Notes: generated from the letters alone by a model not told the origin. A DNA stretch of 64,000 nt from Candidatus Latescibacterota bacterium (GCA_965207885.1 OZ242311.1:2720001-2784000); one strand, 5' to 3'; numbered from the stretch's first letter, positions 9,581 through 19,722 are shown. Program-made: numbers and translations.

Positions 9581-10887
9581 CACGATCCTTTCGCCCGTTG
9601 AAACCAGTCAATGAGTTGGCTTTTAAGATCGTTATAAATCTCAGGATATTGACTGGCCAAATCATTGGCTTCGCCAATATCCTGATCGAGCTTGTACAAT
9701 TCAAATTGCAATTCTTCAATAGCCGGAATAGCCTCGGCAAATTGCCCGCGATGATTAGGGCCTGTACCAACCAGTTTCCAATCGTCTTTTACCGCTCCCA
9801 TTTTCCCAAACAAATCCCAAAACACATACCGTCCTGGCAAATCTTCTTGCCCATGTGATCTCAAATGCGCAAGCAAACTCACTCCATGAACTGGATGCTG
9901 TCCATTCATTTTGGGAATCTCAATGCCAGCCGCATCCAGCACAGTGGCAAACAAATCAAAATGCACAGCACCTGCATCAGATACCATCCCTTTGGGAATA
10001 ACACCCGGCCACTGCATCACCGCAGGCACGCGGATTCCACCTTCATATGTCATTCCTTTTTGCCCGCGTAAAGGGCCATTATTGCCCGGAAATTTATCAA
10101 TCATTGCACCATTATCGCTCAAGTAGATGACAAGTGTGTTATCTACGATAGCCAACTCATGCAATGTCGCCATGATTTTACCCACACCATCATCCATATG
10201 ATCCAGCACCGCACAATAGTCGCGCTTGGGGAACTCAATACCGCGATCTTCATACTTTTTTAACCACTCGGCTTTGCCCGATGTTTTGGGTGCCTGTTCT
10301 CGCCACAAGGGACCATGCACAGCATTGTAAGGCACATAACAAAAAAACGGCTTATCACGATGTTTCCGAATAAAGTCAATCGCATAACCAGTAAACACAT
10401 CCGTCAAATGATCTTCATGCACCATGGGCTGGTCATTGTGCAAAAGGCGACTACCATCAAAAGGCCAATAGGGGTGTGCACCACCCAAAAATCCGACAAA
10501 TTCTTCAAAACCGCGTTCATTGGGCACATTGGGTGCATCATATCCCAAATGCCACTTGCCAAACATGCCAGTTTTATATCCTGCTTCCTTCAAAAACTCG
10601 GGCAAAAGTTTTACATCATCATGAATGCGCCTTGGCAACGTATCTGTTTTCTGCCCCGGCAGTGATGGGCCACGCCACATGCCGCATTCCAAAGAATACT
10701 GCCCAGAAAAAAGAGATGCACGCGTTGGCGCACAAAGTGGATTGACCCTAAACTGTGTAAAACGCACCCCATTTTTTGCAATCGCATCCATCGTTGGTGT
10801 ATCGACCTCTGTATCCCAATAACAACCCGCATCTCCATACCCCTGATCGTCTGTAACAATGATGAGAAAATTTGGTTTTGTGGCCAT
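9580..10887 (-). CDS. Cys-type arylsulfatase-family sulfatase
   Basis: KPNFLIIVTDDQGYGD, CAPTRASLFSG, GKWHLG, SDNG, KGMTYEGGIRVP. Confidence 0.93.
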   Translation of the reverse strand: MATKPNFLIIVTDDQGYGDAGCYWDTEVDTPTMDAIAKNGVRFTQFRVNPLCAPTRASLFSGQYSLECGMWRGPSLPGQKTDTLPRRIHDDVKLLPEFLKEAGYKTGMFGKWHLGYDAPNVPNERGFEEFVGFLGGAHPYWPFDGSRLLHNDQPMVHEDHLTDVFTGYAIDFIRKHRDKPFFCYVPYNAVHGPLWREQAPKTSGKAEWLKKYEDRGIEFPKRDYCAVLDHMDDGVGKIMATLHELAIVDNTLVIYLSDNGAMIDKFPGNNGPLRGQKGMTYEGGIRVPAVMQWPGVIPKGMVSDAGAVHFDLFATVLDAAGIEIPKMNGQHPVHGVSLLAHLRSHGQEDLPGRYVFWDLFGKMGAVKDDWKLVGTGPNHRGQFAEAIPAIEELQFELYKLDQDIGEANDLASQYPEIYNDLKSQLIDWFQRAKGS

Positions 10888-10895
10888 AATGATCA
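10841..10895. repeat. 55-bp 5' end shared with the sulfatase starting at 17034 (copy 16988-17042)
   Basis: 54/55 identical bases covering the start codon and KPNFLIIVTDDQG. Confidence 0.9.
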
Positions 10896-11339
10896 TTCCT
10901 TGAGTGCGGCAGCATCCTCAGCGATCCACTTCGATCCAGTCGTGCCACTCGCCGGTCCGGTTGTCTTCGGTGTTGTGTACCACATCCCAGCCGTGTAGTC
11001 CGGGTACGGGTAGTATTCTGAGTCAAAGGGATAGAAATGGATCTTGCCAAACGCGCCGGTTCGCCACCCGGCCATCTGCAATGTCTTCATAAAGGTGGGG
11101 ATGTCGGGATTGAGTCGGTAGCCATTGGAGAGCAGACCGTGGCCTCGGCTGGTGAGTCCCGTGGCAATGCCCGCCCGAGCCGGACAGCAGACCGGGTTGT
11201 TGGAAAATGCATTGGTGAAGGTTACGCCCATGCTCTGGAGGCGTTTCAGGTTCGGCAGGTCGCAGATGCCGTTCAGGGCCGCTTCCAGCCACTTCGCCCC
11301 CATCTGATCGATGATGTTGGGTTTGTTTTGTGACTGCAT
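10893..11339 (-). pseudogene. Chimeric truncated sulfatase pseudogene
   Basis: 5' 29 bp identical to 4997-5025; body copies 2930-3345 with 12-bp and 7-bp deletions; tail resembles the PhyH end at 888-925. Confidence 0.9.
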
Positions 11340-11401
11340 AATGACTCCCCTGATGCGCTCTTTGAGCTTTTTAGTCGATAATCTTTGTTTCTACAGTCAT
11401 T

Positions 11402-12748
11402 TTATTTTTCGAAAATTGTCCCGGGCCACGGGTAAGCGTTGGATCCAGCCTCATCCTCGATGGGGCCTTCCGGCAGTGTGGCTTGCCAATCCATGACCTG
11501 CTCTGACATCTGCTTGACCAGGGTCTCTTCAAATTTGGCGTGATTGACGAGTTCCATTGGATCTGCAGGAATGTTGTAAAGTTCGACACGACTTCTGTCC
11601 GGGTTGAGAAGCAGCTTCCAGTCACCCTCGCGGATTGAAAGGATCGGGCTTTTGTGAAGGCAATGGCCGTGAACCCGAAATCGCCACTCCCACATCAACG
11701 GCGTCGTGCGATCTACCGAGTTACCTCGAAAGGCGGCTGTCATATTCTCGCCCTGCAGACCAATGTTGTCGGGAATGTCCACGCCAGCGATGGAACAAAA
11801 AGTAGGTAACAGGTCTATGGCACATAAGGGCGTCGTGTTGTCAACTTTGCCTTTTGGTCCGCCACTGCCTGGCCACCGAAGAATGAAAGGGGTTCGCACA
11901 CCGCCTTCGTAGAGGCTTCTTTTACGACCTCGAAAGGGACCAGAAGAACCGACGCCACTGTGTGACGCATTTCGGACGTGGATATCCTCAGGGCCGTTAT
12001 CAGCTGAGAAGATGACAATCGTGTTGTCGGAAAGGCCCAGTTGATCCAGCCGATCCATGAGCCGTCCAATGTGGTAATCTGCGTTGGTAACGACAGAATA
12101 GTAGATGCGTAGTGCACCTTTGTGTTTGTCTTCCAGGCCCTGAGCGGTAAGATTCATATAGGGTTCCATCTGCTCCTCTGTAGGATCCAGAGTGGCGTGG
12201 GTGTCAAGCAACCACGCTTGAACAAAGAAAGGCTCATCTTGATGTCTTTCGATGAAAGATATGGTTTCATCTATAATTACCTCTGTAGATTGAGATCTGC
12301 CTTCGGGAATCTCAATGGGGGGTCCGACCGCATTGAATGTTTTGGATTCGTCAATTCCATAAGCCGTGGTATTAGGTGCTTCTTCGCCACTTCCCAGGTG
12401 CCACTTGCCAAAGTGGCCAACAGCATATCCACTTTGTTGCAGGAGATCCGTGATGGTCGTTGCATCGGGATCCAACCAATCTGGCATGCCGCGTAGGGCG
12501 TTCTGCTCGTGACGGGCAAAATGGCCATGTATGCCCCAGTGGGCAGGAAATCGACCCGTCATGACCGCTGCCCGGCTGGGTGAGCACACACCCGAGCAAA
12601 CATAGAATTGTGAGAAGAGAATGCCCTGCGAAGCGAGCCGATCCAGATTTGGCGTTTTTACAAACTGGTGGCCGTAGCAACTCAAGTCACCCCACCCCCA
12701 ATCGTCGGCGAAGACAAATACGATATTGGGTCTTTTCGATTCAGCCAT
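11402..12748 (-). CDS. Cys-type sulfatase (GalNAc-6-sulfatase/arylsulfatase-like)
   Basis: RPNIVFVFADDWGWGD, CSPSRAAVMTG, GKWHLG, ADNG, RGRKRSLYEGGVR. Confidence 0.93.
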   Translation of the reverse strand: MAESKRPNIVFVFADDWGWGDLSCYGHQFVKTPNLDRLASQGILFSQFYVCSGVCSPSRAAVMTGRFPAHWGIHGHFARHEQNALRGMPDWLDPDATTITDLLQQSGYAVGHFGKWHLGSGEEAPNTTAYGIDESKTFNAVGPPIEIPEGRSQSTEVIIDETISFIERHQDEPFFVQAWLLDTHATLDPTEEQMEPYMNLTAQGLEDKHKGALRIYYSVVTNADYHIGRLMDRLDQLGLSDNTIVIFSADNGPEDIHVRNASHSGVGSSGPFRGRKRSLYEGGVRTPFILRWPGSGGPKGKVDNTTPLCAIDLLPTFCSIAGVDIPDNIGLQGENMTAAFRGNSVDRTTPLMWEWRFRVHGHCLHKSPILSIREGDWKLLLNPDRSRVELYNIPADPMELVNHAKFEETLVKQMSEQVMDWQATLPEGPIEDEAGSNAYPWPGTIFEK

Positions 12749-12788
12749 TGCGGTTCTCCTTAATAAAGTAGGCGGTAAGCCTTTGCCC

Positions 12789-14129
12789 CTACGATGCCAG
12801 GGCTTTCAGGTAGGTGGCGCCTTGCGTGTCGGCGTGTGCCTGGACCCAATCAGATAGTCGGTTTCGGTGATCCGTCAGGATCTGAATGAATTCAGGATCA
12901 TTGGCGAGGTTCTTTGTTTCAGTGGGATCCGAAACCATATCGACAAGCATTTCTTCCGACGTGCCATCGTAGTGGAAGATGGAGTACTTGTACCTGGCAG
13001 ACCTTACCATTCTACCGCCAACAGTTTCGGCAACGACGAATTCCCGCCAATCGGGTTGCTCGCCCAGAGCAAGGGGTTTCAAGCTTCTACCGGGTAGTGA
13101 ATCTGGAATTTCTCCTTTGGCAAAGTCGCATAACGTCGGAAGCAGATCGATCCCATTATTGACCAAAGCATCGATCTGACCTGGAGAAACTCTTCCAGGC
13201 CAACTGATCGTGAGCGGTACGTGTGACGACGCTTCGTAGAACGACCGCTTCATTGTCAATCCGTGTTCCCCATCATGATCGCCATGGTCACTTGTAAATA
13301 TGACAACCGTACTCTCCCGCAGACCGGTGTCATCGAGCGCATCCAGTATCACACCCAACTGTTGGTCCAGGTCCTCCATATAAAAACGGTAAGCCGCACG
13401 GTAGGTCCGCCACTCGTGTTCGGTCCAGTGGATTGCACGCTGACCGAATCTTCGGTTGAGGCCGATTTCGATTGTCTCCTCGTCTCCCAGTGTCCCATCA
13501 CGGAATCTCTGCATCCACTTTGGCTCATCCTGAGGGGGTGCGTGATTATCCGGCAAGGGAGGCAAGTTGTCTCCTGGATCCGAAGGATGTGTCGGCTTCC
13601 CATCCTCATCCAGGACTTTACATATATCGTGTGGATTAATGAACGATGCCCAGAGGAAGAACGGGCGATCGGAATCTCTGTTTTTGAGAAAATTAGCAGA
13701 TCTCTCCGCAAGCTCATCCCTCTGATCGGTTGTGAGCGACTCAAATCCGAATTCCTCTGCCTTTTCTTTTGTGAAAACCTGGGTGCCCTCTACGTGCAGC
13801 TTACCGCCGGCGTACGTATCATATCCACAATTTCGGAGGAGTGTCCCCATCAATGGCGTATCAATATGGTCCAAAATCCGCGGATGTTCCGAAGCCATCC
13901 CCTTGGAGTTATGCTCCAGGCCATCAAAAGTGTGCGGCATATGGCCTGAGACCAGGGCGTACCTGAATGGGACACAAACTGGATTGGAAACGTAGGTGAG
14001 CTCGAATCTCTTACCACCTGCAGCCAGTTTATCCAAATTGGGCGTACTGACATAAGGGTCACCGGAATAGCTCGCCATTCTGTGATGTTGTTGGTCCGTT
14101 GTTATGAGAATGATATGCGGTCGTTCCAT
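12789..14129 (-). CDS. Cys-type sulfatase (choline-sulfatase-like)
   Basis: RPHIILITTDQ, CVPFRYALVSG, GKLH, NPHD, SDHG; start 14129 with AAAGGA RBS. Confidence 0.9.
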   Translation of the reverse strand: MERPHIILITTDQQHHRMASYSGDPYVSTPNLDKLAAGGKRFELTYVSNPVCVPFRYALVSGHMPHTFDGLEHNSKGMASEHPRILDHIDTPLMGTLLRNCGYDTYAGGKLHVEGTQVFTKEKAEEFGFESLTTDQRDELAERSANFLKNRDSDRPFFLWASFINPHDICKVLDEDGKPTHPSDPGDNLPPLPDNHAPPQDEPKWMQRFRDGTLGDEETIEIGLNRRFGQRAIHWTEHEWRTYRAAYRFYMEDLDQQLGVILDALDDTGLRESTVVIFTSDHGDHDGEHGLTMKRSFYEASSHVPLTISWPGRVSPGQIDALVNNGIDLLPTLCDFAKGEIPDSLPGRSLKPLALGEQPDWREFVVAETVGGRMVRSARYKYSIFHYDGTSEEMLVDMVSDPTETKNLANDPEFIQILTDHRNRLSDWVQAHADTQGATYLKALAS

Positions 14130-14169
14130 ATCTGTTCCTTTCGCGTTGCGGACGAATTGTAGCAAGATG

Positions 14170-15642
14170 TCAACGAGGATCGCCAGCTTCAATTGTTCGT
14201 TCCAGCAGCCTGCTGCGCATTGCTTCTTCCCGATCTCGATAATCCGGATTTCCTGCCAGATTCACCAGTTCGCCCGGGTCGTTCTGCAAGTCGTAAAGTT
14301 CAGAACGATCATTCACATAATGTGCGTATTTCCACTTCTCGTTTCGAACCATGCGACCCCGAGAAAGGAAGAACGTTCCCGACTCAACCAGCGGCAATTC
14401 AGGTACGGGCTCCGTCCGACTTATGCCGGCTTTCAGCGCGTCCAGTTCTGCTTCTGGTCCTCCCTCTGGCAATGGCTGACGGCTGCCAACTTCCGCATAG
14501 GTACAGTCTCTTTCTGGAGCCATACCCGACATCATATCTGTCACACTTCTACCCTGAACACCCGACGGGATCGAGATTCCGCTACTCTGGAGTAATGTGG
14601 GCATCAAGTCGATTTGCTCAATTTGCAGTGCGTTTGTTGCACCATCCCGTGCATGTTCCAAACCCCTTACGATCAATGGGACCTGGACAATGCAGTCGTA
14701 GAATGCAGCAGTTTTCCTAATGAGTCCGTGTTCGCCCAGGTACTCACCGTGGTCACCTGTGGCAACAATGATGGTGTCGTCCCAACGACCAAGCGCTTTT
14801 AGTCCATCAAAGAATTTGCCCAGGCAGTCATCCAGGTGCCTGAGCATGCCGTAGTAATACGCCATTGTCTGGCGCAGTTGCTCGTCATCCATGAGATGCA
14901 GCCACCCGCCGTGATAATAGACTTGCTGAACGAATGGTTTTGAGTCCAATTCACCCTCAGGTCTATGTGGGAGAGGCATGTCCTCTGGCCTGTACATCGT
15001 GGCAAAAGGTTCGGGAGCTCGATAGGGCGGATGAACATCGGAAAAGCTCAACCACACAAACGAGGGCTCGACACCCTTCCGTTCGAGATAATCGAGGGCA
15101 TGATTCACGTTGGCTCTTGCTGGAGATTCAGCAGGATCGAAAGGGTAGGTTCCGCCATACCAGATTGGGTTTGGGTGATCTCCCCAACGGAAACGTCTTG
15201 TTTGTGATTCGAACACGGATGGGTCGATGGGTATTGCAGGCCCAGGAAATGGCTTCCCATAGGCTTCTCGCTGCTTTTGCCGAAGTGGTGACTCTTCAAT
15301 ACACGCTTCAAATCCTGCAGTTTCGGCATCTGGAAAACAGTGGTTTTTCCCAAATAGGCCACAGCCGACACCAGCATCTTTCAATAGCCCTGGCAGGTGA
15401 AATCCTTCCTTTTCTTGCATCAACAGCGTGTTGTCTCTGGAACCTGTAACGCTGGGATAACGACCCGTGAAAAATGCGACCCGTGATGCGACGCAGAGCG
15501 GAGAAGGTACGGTGCAGTTTTCAAACCTGATGGCTTCGCTGGCAAAGCGATCCAGATGAGGTGTCGCTCCGACGGGATTGCCATAGCATCCCAATGCGCG
15601 AGCGGCAAGATGCTCAATGGTGATTACGACAATGTTTTTCAT
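14170..15642 (-). CDS. Cys-type sulfatase (CxAxR variant)
   Basis: KNIVVITIEH, CVASRVAFFTG, GKNH, DVHPP, GDHG. Confidence 0.88.
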   Translation of the reverse strand: MKNIVVITIEHLAARALGCYGNPVGATPHLDRFASEAIRFENCTVPSPLCVASRVAFFTGRYPSVTGSRDNTLLMQEKEGFHLPGLLKDAGVGCGLFGKNHCFPDAETAGFEACIEESPLRQKQREAYGKPFPGPAIPIDPSVFESQTRRFRWGDHPNPIWYGGTYPFDPAESPARANVNHALDYLERKGVEPSFVWLSFSDVHPPYRAPEPFATMYRPEDMPLPHRPEGELDSKPFVQQVYYHGGWLHLMDDEQLRQTMAYYYGMLRHLDDCLGKFFDGLKALGRWDDTIIVATGDHGEYLGEHGLIRKTAAFYDCIVQVPLIVRGLEHARDGATNALQIEQIDLMPTLLQSSGISIPSGVQGRSVTDMMSGMAPERDCTYAEVGSRQPLPEGGPEAELDALKAGISRTEPVPELPLVESGTFFLSRGRMVRNEKWKYAHYVNDRSELYDLQNDPGELVNLAGNPDYRDREEAMRSRLLERTIEAGDPR

Positions 15643-15645
15643 CTC

Positions 15646-17034
15646 TTAGCTCCTATCAACTTCCTCAGACCAGGCCGCGTACAGATCCTGCAGGCGTTCC
15701 ACGACTTCGGGATGCTGATCAATCAGATCTTGACTCTCGGAGGGATCTTCCTTCAGGTTAAACAGGCAGGTATTCTGGAGAAGCTCTGTGCGTTCAACGA
15801 TCCCATCGCAGGACGGCTCTTGACCTCTCCTGCCACCTTTATGCAACAGTTTCCAATCACCAGAGCGCACGGCATAACTATCGCCCCAGCGCCAGAAGAG
15901 GTCTCGCTGGTCTGCGATTTTTGTGACATCTTTTGGGATGGGTTGACCATCCAATCCTTCGGATAACTCGATGCCTGCTGCCTGTAAACAGGTCGGAAGA
16001 ATATCGAGCGTTGAGATCGTCCTGTCACAGATCGTTCCAGATGCCGACTCATTTGGACGGGCGAGGATAAATGGCACGTGAATTCCGCCCTCCCAGAGCG
16101 TAAACTTGCTCCCGGCAAGCGGCAGGTTGCAGGCACCGGTGTTCGGTGCGCCTCCGTTGTCTGAAAACATGATCACGATGGTGTTGTCGGCAAGCGATAG
16201 CTGATCCAACGTGTCCAGAAGGCGACCGATATTGTCGTCGAGGCAATTCAGGTTCGCCAGATAGTATCTGCGAAACTCGTCGGCATTGATCTCGCCGAGG
16301 ATTCTATACCTTTTGAACCAGTCCCCATACCCGCCCATGGTCTCCGGGTCGTAGTTTGGAATCTCCCTTACGCCGTGCTTGTCGAGGTATCGTTTGGGCA
16401 CCTGGTGGATCAGGTGATGCACGGAGTTGTAAGAGAGTGTCACAAAGAAAGGTTCTTCCTGATGGCTCTCGAGAAAATCGATTGTCGCGTCGGTGAAGAT
16501 TTCCGTCAGATACCCTTGCCCAAATTCTTTGTAATCCCGGTTGTGCATGAGCGGCCCAACAACCGCGCTGTGCCCTTTTGGATCGGGCGTGCGGTCTTCG
16601 ATGTCTTTGGTGAGGAGGAAATAGTCGTGGCCATGTGCTGAGAATCCGAGAAACTCGTCATAGCCATGGTTCAACGGATATTCGTGAGCCTCGTGATCGT
16701 GAAAGCCCAGGCCGTAATCGTTCTTACCGAAACGCGCTGTGGTATAGCCGTTAGCCTTCATGATTTCGGTGATGTTCTTTTCTGTTTCAGGATGTCCGCA
16801 AAAAAAGGAAGATTTCGGATCCCAACGCACCTGGTGTCTCCCCGTATTCCATCCGGCGCGGGAAGGGCTGCATACAGGAGCTGTCACATAGGCCTGTGAA
16901 AAGAGAACGCCGCGCTCAGCGAGCCGGTCCATGTTTGGCGTTTGCACGTCTGGCGCATGATGACTGAATGCAGTCAGATCGCCGTAGCCCTGATCGTCTG
17001 TAACAATGATGAGAAAATTTGGTTTTGTGCCCAT
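15646..17034 (-). CDS. Cys-type arylsulfatase-family sulfatase
   Basis: KPNFLIIVTDDQGYGD, CSPSRAGWNTG, SDNGG, KFTLWEGG; upstream in-frame ATG at 17061 also possible. Confidence 0.92.
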   Translation of the reverse strand: MGTKPNFLIIVTDDQGYGDLTAFSHHAPDVQTPNMDRLAERGVLFSQAYVTAPVCSPSRAGWNTGRHQVRWDPKSSFFCGHPETEKNITEIMKANGYTTARFGKNDYGLGFHDHEAHEYPLNHGYDEFLGFSAHGHDYFLLTKDIEDRTPDPKGHSAVVGPLMHNRDYKEFGQGYLTEIFTDATIDFLESHQEEPFFVTLSYNSVHHLIHQVPKRYLDKHGVREIPNYDPETMGGYGDWFKRYRILGEINADEFRRYYLANLNCLDDNIGRLLDTLDQLSLADNTIVIMFSDNGGAPNTGACNLPLAGSKFTLWEGGIHVPFILARPNESASGTICDRTISTLDILPTCLQAAGIELSEGLDGQPIPKDVTKIADQRDLFWRWGDSYAVRSGDWKLLHKGGRRGQEPSCDGIVERTELLQNTCLFNLKEDPSESQDLIDQHPEVVERLQDLYAAWSEEVDRS

Positions 17035-17063
17035 AATGATCACCCGCTCCAATCCCCGCATTG

Positions 17064-18545
17064 TTACCTGTCAGCCCCGCCGAGAAGCTGCTCTCTGGTC
17101 ATTACCTTGATTGGTGGCAGGTTATCGACCATTCCCGCGTCCGTGCGTCGAAGCTCATCAATGGTCCCTTGCCGAAGTTGGGTGAGCAACTCGTGGTGAT
17201 CGGATTCCAAAGCGAGGTTTTCCAGTTCCTCGGGGTCATTCTCGAGATCGTACATCTCTTCGATCTCCCCGGGGACGAGCCAGCGGATATATTTGTACTT
17301 TCCCATGCACAGAGATACCCACCAGGGGATAGGCGGATTGCCTATTGGCTCGCCACAGCCGACATCGGTATCTTCTCCAAAATAATGACCCGTACACTCC
17401 ATCAGCAGCGGGCGATCCCATTCAGCGTTGGGATCGGAGAGCAATAGTGTCAGGTCCTCCCCGTGCATCTTCCAGGGTTGTTTCATGCCGATCAACGAGA
17501 GAAAGGTAGGCGGGATATCCTGGCCGCCGATTGGCACATCGCATACTGTGCCTGCAGGAATCCGTCCCGGCAGCCGCATGATCATCGGTGCTTTGATATT
17601 GGCATCATAGGGCGCCACCTTGAGTCGAAAGCCGTGCTGTCCCCAGGCAAATCCCTGGTCCGACGTAAAGACGACCAGGGTATCATCCAATTGCCCCATC
17701 TCCTCTATGGTGCCGATCACCCTGCCAACCCCTTCATCCAGGGCGCACACGCCCCGGTTGTATTGTTGTTCCCAATCGGTGAGGGTCCGTCCATCCCGGA
17801 TGCCTACCGGTTGGCCGTGATCTCCCTCGCGCCAAACACCGTAGTCCCGCATATGTGTCGCCTTGGTCGGGCGCGGCGGATAGATGTCTTCTGGCGTGGG
17901 GACCTGGGAAACATCTGGATAGTCCTGGAGATGGCGGTCAGCCACTTTCCAGGGGCCGTGTACTGCGTCATAGCACAGCCAGAGGTGCCAGGGCTTATCC
18001 GGTTCTTCTGCCCGTCCGCGGAGAAATTCAAGTGCATACTCCGTGTAGTTATCGGTAGAATAGCCGCCAACCGGTTCCGGCTCCCTCCCGTTGATACTCA
18101 TATTCTGATTGACATAATAGGGCCCGTATTTCTCGGGTTGGCTGTGGTCCCAGATGGCAGAAAAATCCCAGTACCGACCGTGACCGTGATCGGGACCTGT
18201 GTGCCATTTGCCGACGATGCCTGTGTACCAACCGTTCTCGCGGAGATTCTCGAGCCAGTACGGACACTGGTCTGGATCGCGGACATAGTTTGGGTAGCTC
18301 GAGGGCAGGTGCATGCTCATCACGCCATGCGGCAATTTTCCGGTCAGGTACGTGGCGCGTGAAGGCGCACACCAGGCACTGGTATAGCAGTTGGAAAAAC
18401 GCATCCCCTCATGGGCGAGACGATCGATGTTTGGCGTACTGATCCACGAATGCGCCTCGGGGTAGCAACTCACAGACCGAAAGCTCTGATCGTCGGTGAA
18501 GATGTATAAAATGTTGCTCGGACGGTTCAATTGATCATCGTTCAT
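17064..18545 (-). CDS. Cys-type sulfatase (N-acetylglucosamine-6-sulfatase-like)
   Basis: NILYIFTDDQ, CAPSRATYLTG, GKWH, SDQGFAWGQHG. Confidence 0.9.
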   Translation of the reverse strand: MNDDQLNRPSNILYIFTDDQSFRSVSCYPEAHSWISTPNIDRLAHEGMRFSNCYTSAWCAPSRATYLTGKLPHGVMSMHLPSSYPNYVRDPDQCPYWLENLRENGWYTGIVGKWHTGPDHGHGRYWDFSAIWDHSQPEKYGPYYVNQNMSINGREPEPVGGYSTDNYTEYALEFLRGRAEEPDKPWHLWLCYDAVHGPWKVADRHLQDYPDVSQVPTPEDIYPPRPTKATHMRDYGVWREGDHGQPVGIRDGRTLTDWEQQYNRGVCALDEGVGRVIGTIEEMGQLDDTLVVFTSDQGFAWGQHGFRLKVAPYDANIKAPMIMRLPGRIPAGTVCDVPIGGQDIPPTFLSLIGMKQPWKMHGEDLTLLLSDPNAEWDRPLLMECTGHYFGEDTDVGCGEPIGNPPIPWWVSLCMGKYKYIRWLVPGEIEEMYDLENDPEELENLALESDHHELLTQLRQGTIDELRRTDAGMVDNLPPIKVMTREQLLGGADR

Positions 18546-18560
18546 TTTGGTTCTCCGTAA

Positions 18561-18610
18561 TCTATATGGTCAGGTAACCAGACCATGGTTCGCTTCTATT
18601 TCCTCTGTTC
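18561..18610. repeat. ~50-bp intergenic repeat, copy 1 (copy 2 at 23938-23988)
   Basis: 48/51 identical; contains imperfect hairpin atggtc-a-gg-taa-cc-a-gaccat. Confidence 0.85.
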
Positions 18611-18637
18611 TGCATCTATCCGACTCTGCGCCCCTGA

Positions 18638-19705
18638 TTAGACCTCAGAGCCTGCAACAGTGCGAACGGCCTCGCTCCAGTCATCCCAAAGCCCCGGACC
18701 TTCCGCGCGTGGTTCAGGAGGCGGGACGGCCGGCCCAAGTTCAAGTTCGTGGAGTTTTCTCACGTTGGGCGGTGGCGATGGTCGTGGCCCTTTGACATAA
18801 CGGCCGTTGTATGTTCTGTCATATACAGACTTTTTGTAGGCATCATAAAGAATCATCTGTCGAATCTGCGGAGGGTTGCTGTAGTTCCGCGTTGCCGAGT
18901 GGAACATTCGTCCGTGCCACAAGACCACATCTCCCTCGTCACCAAAAAACTCAAAGGGCTCAATATTGGCGAGTGCGTCCTTGAGACCTGGGGGCTGCGG
19001 CAAAACAAATGCCGCAGCGCCGCTTTCCGGATGGGGCGAATGTAGAATTGAATAGCGAGCGAGATCTACAGAGTCCGGCTCTGCTTCGTAGAGCAAGCGA
19101 TGACTGCCGGGAAAAAGGGCGATGCCACCTCCACCCTTGGGAACCTGGTCAACGTATGCGCTCGCCACCAGATGCACCGGCTCGGGATCAATGTGTGCAC
19201 CGGCACGGACGGCATCCGCCAGAGCAGGTGAGTCGCTCTTACGCTCTCTCGGCAGCACGCAATACATACCGCGCAACTCCTTGCCACCCCAGACCGGCCA
19301 ACCACGCAACCGACTTCCACGCGGATCCGGATCGGCCGCAGAGGAAGTTACCTCTGGTATCACAACTTCACCTTTGCCGAGGAGTTGCTCAAACCAGGGG
19401 AATACGCGGCGTGGAAGCAAGTTGATCAGGTCCTCGTCGCCGGAGAGTTCACGCAGTCGCCAGCCGTGGTCACCGGTGCGATCATTCATGCCATCAGAGG
19501 TGCTTTGACGATCTGCCTCCGGGAGACCGTTTAGCCAGGTTTGAGGATCGTCTCGGCGCAAATGACTTGAGGTGTTTCCCGCCCACAGCCTGTCCCTCGC
19601 TGCAGCACAAAGTTTGGGGTCGAGGATCTTTCGTTTCACAAGGAATCCGTTCGTAATAAATTGTTGGATCTCTTCTGTACTCAGTGCTGCCAATGCTGTA
19701 TTCAT
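18638..19705 (-). CDS. PhyH-family Fe(II)/2OG dioxygenase
   Basis: LSTEEIQQFITNGF, AHID, FPGSH, GDVVLWHGRMFHS; start 19705. Confidence 0.85.
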   Translation of the reverse strand: MNTALAALSTEEIQQFITNGFLVKRKILDPKLCAAARDRLWAGNTSSHLRRDDPQTWLNGLPEADRQSTSDGMNDRTGDHGWRLRELSGDEDLINLLPRRVFPWFEQLLGKGEVVIPEVTSSAADPDPRGSRLRGWPVWGGKELRGMYCVLPRERKSDSPALADAVRAGAHIDPEPVHLVASAYVDQVPKGGGGIALFPGSHRLLYEAEPDSVDLARYSILHSPHPESGAAAFVLPQPPGLKDALANIEPFEFFGDEGDVVLWHGRMFHSATRNYSNPPQIRQMILYDAYKKSVYDRTYNGRYVKGPRPSPPPNVRKLHELELGPAVPPPEPRAEGPGLWDDWSEAVRTVAGSEV

Positions 19706-19722
19706 GGAAATAACCCTTCTTT

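Noticed and set aside
2930-11327. Diversity-generating retroelement template/variable repeat pair
   Set aside because: Differences are mostly synonymous and not adenine-specific; no reverse transcriptase present
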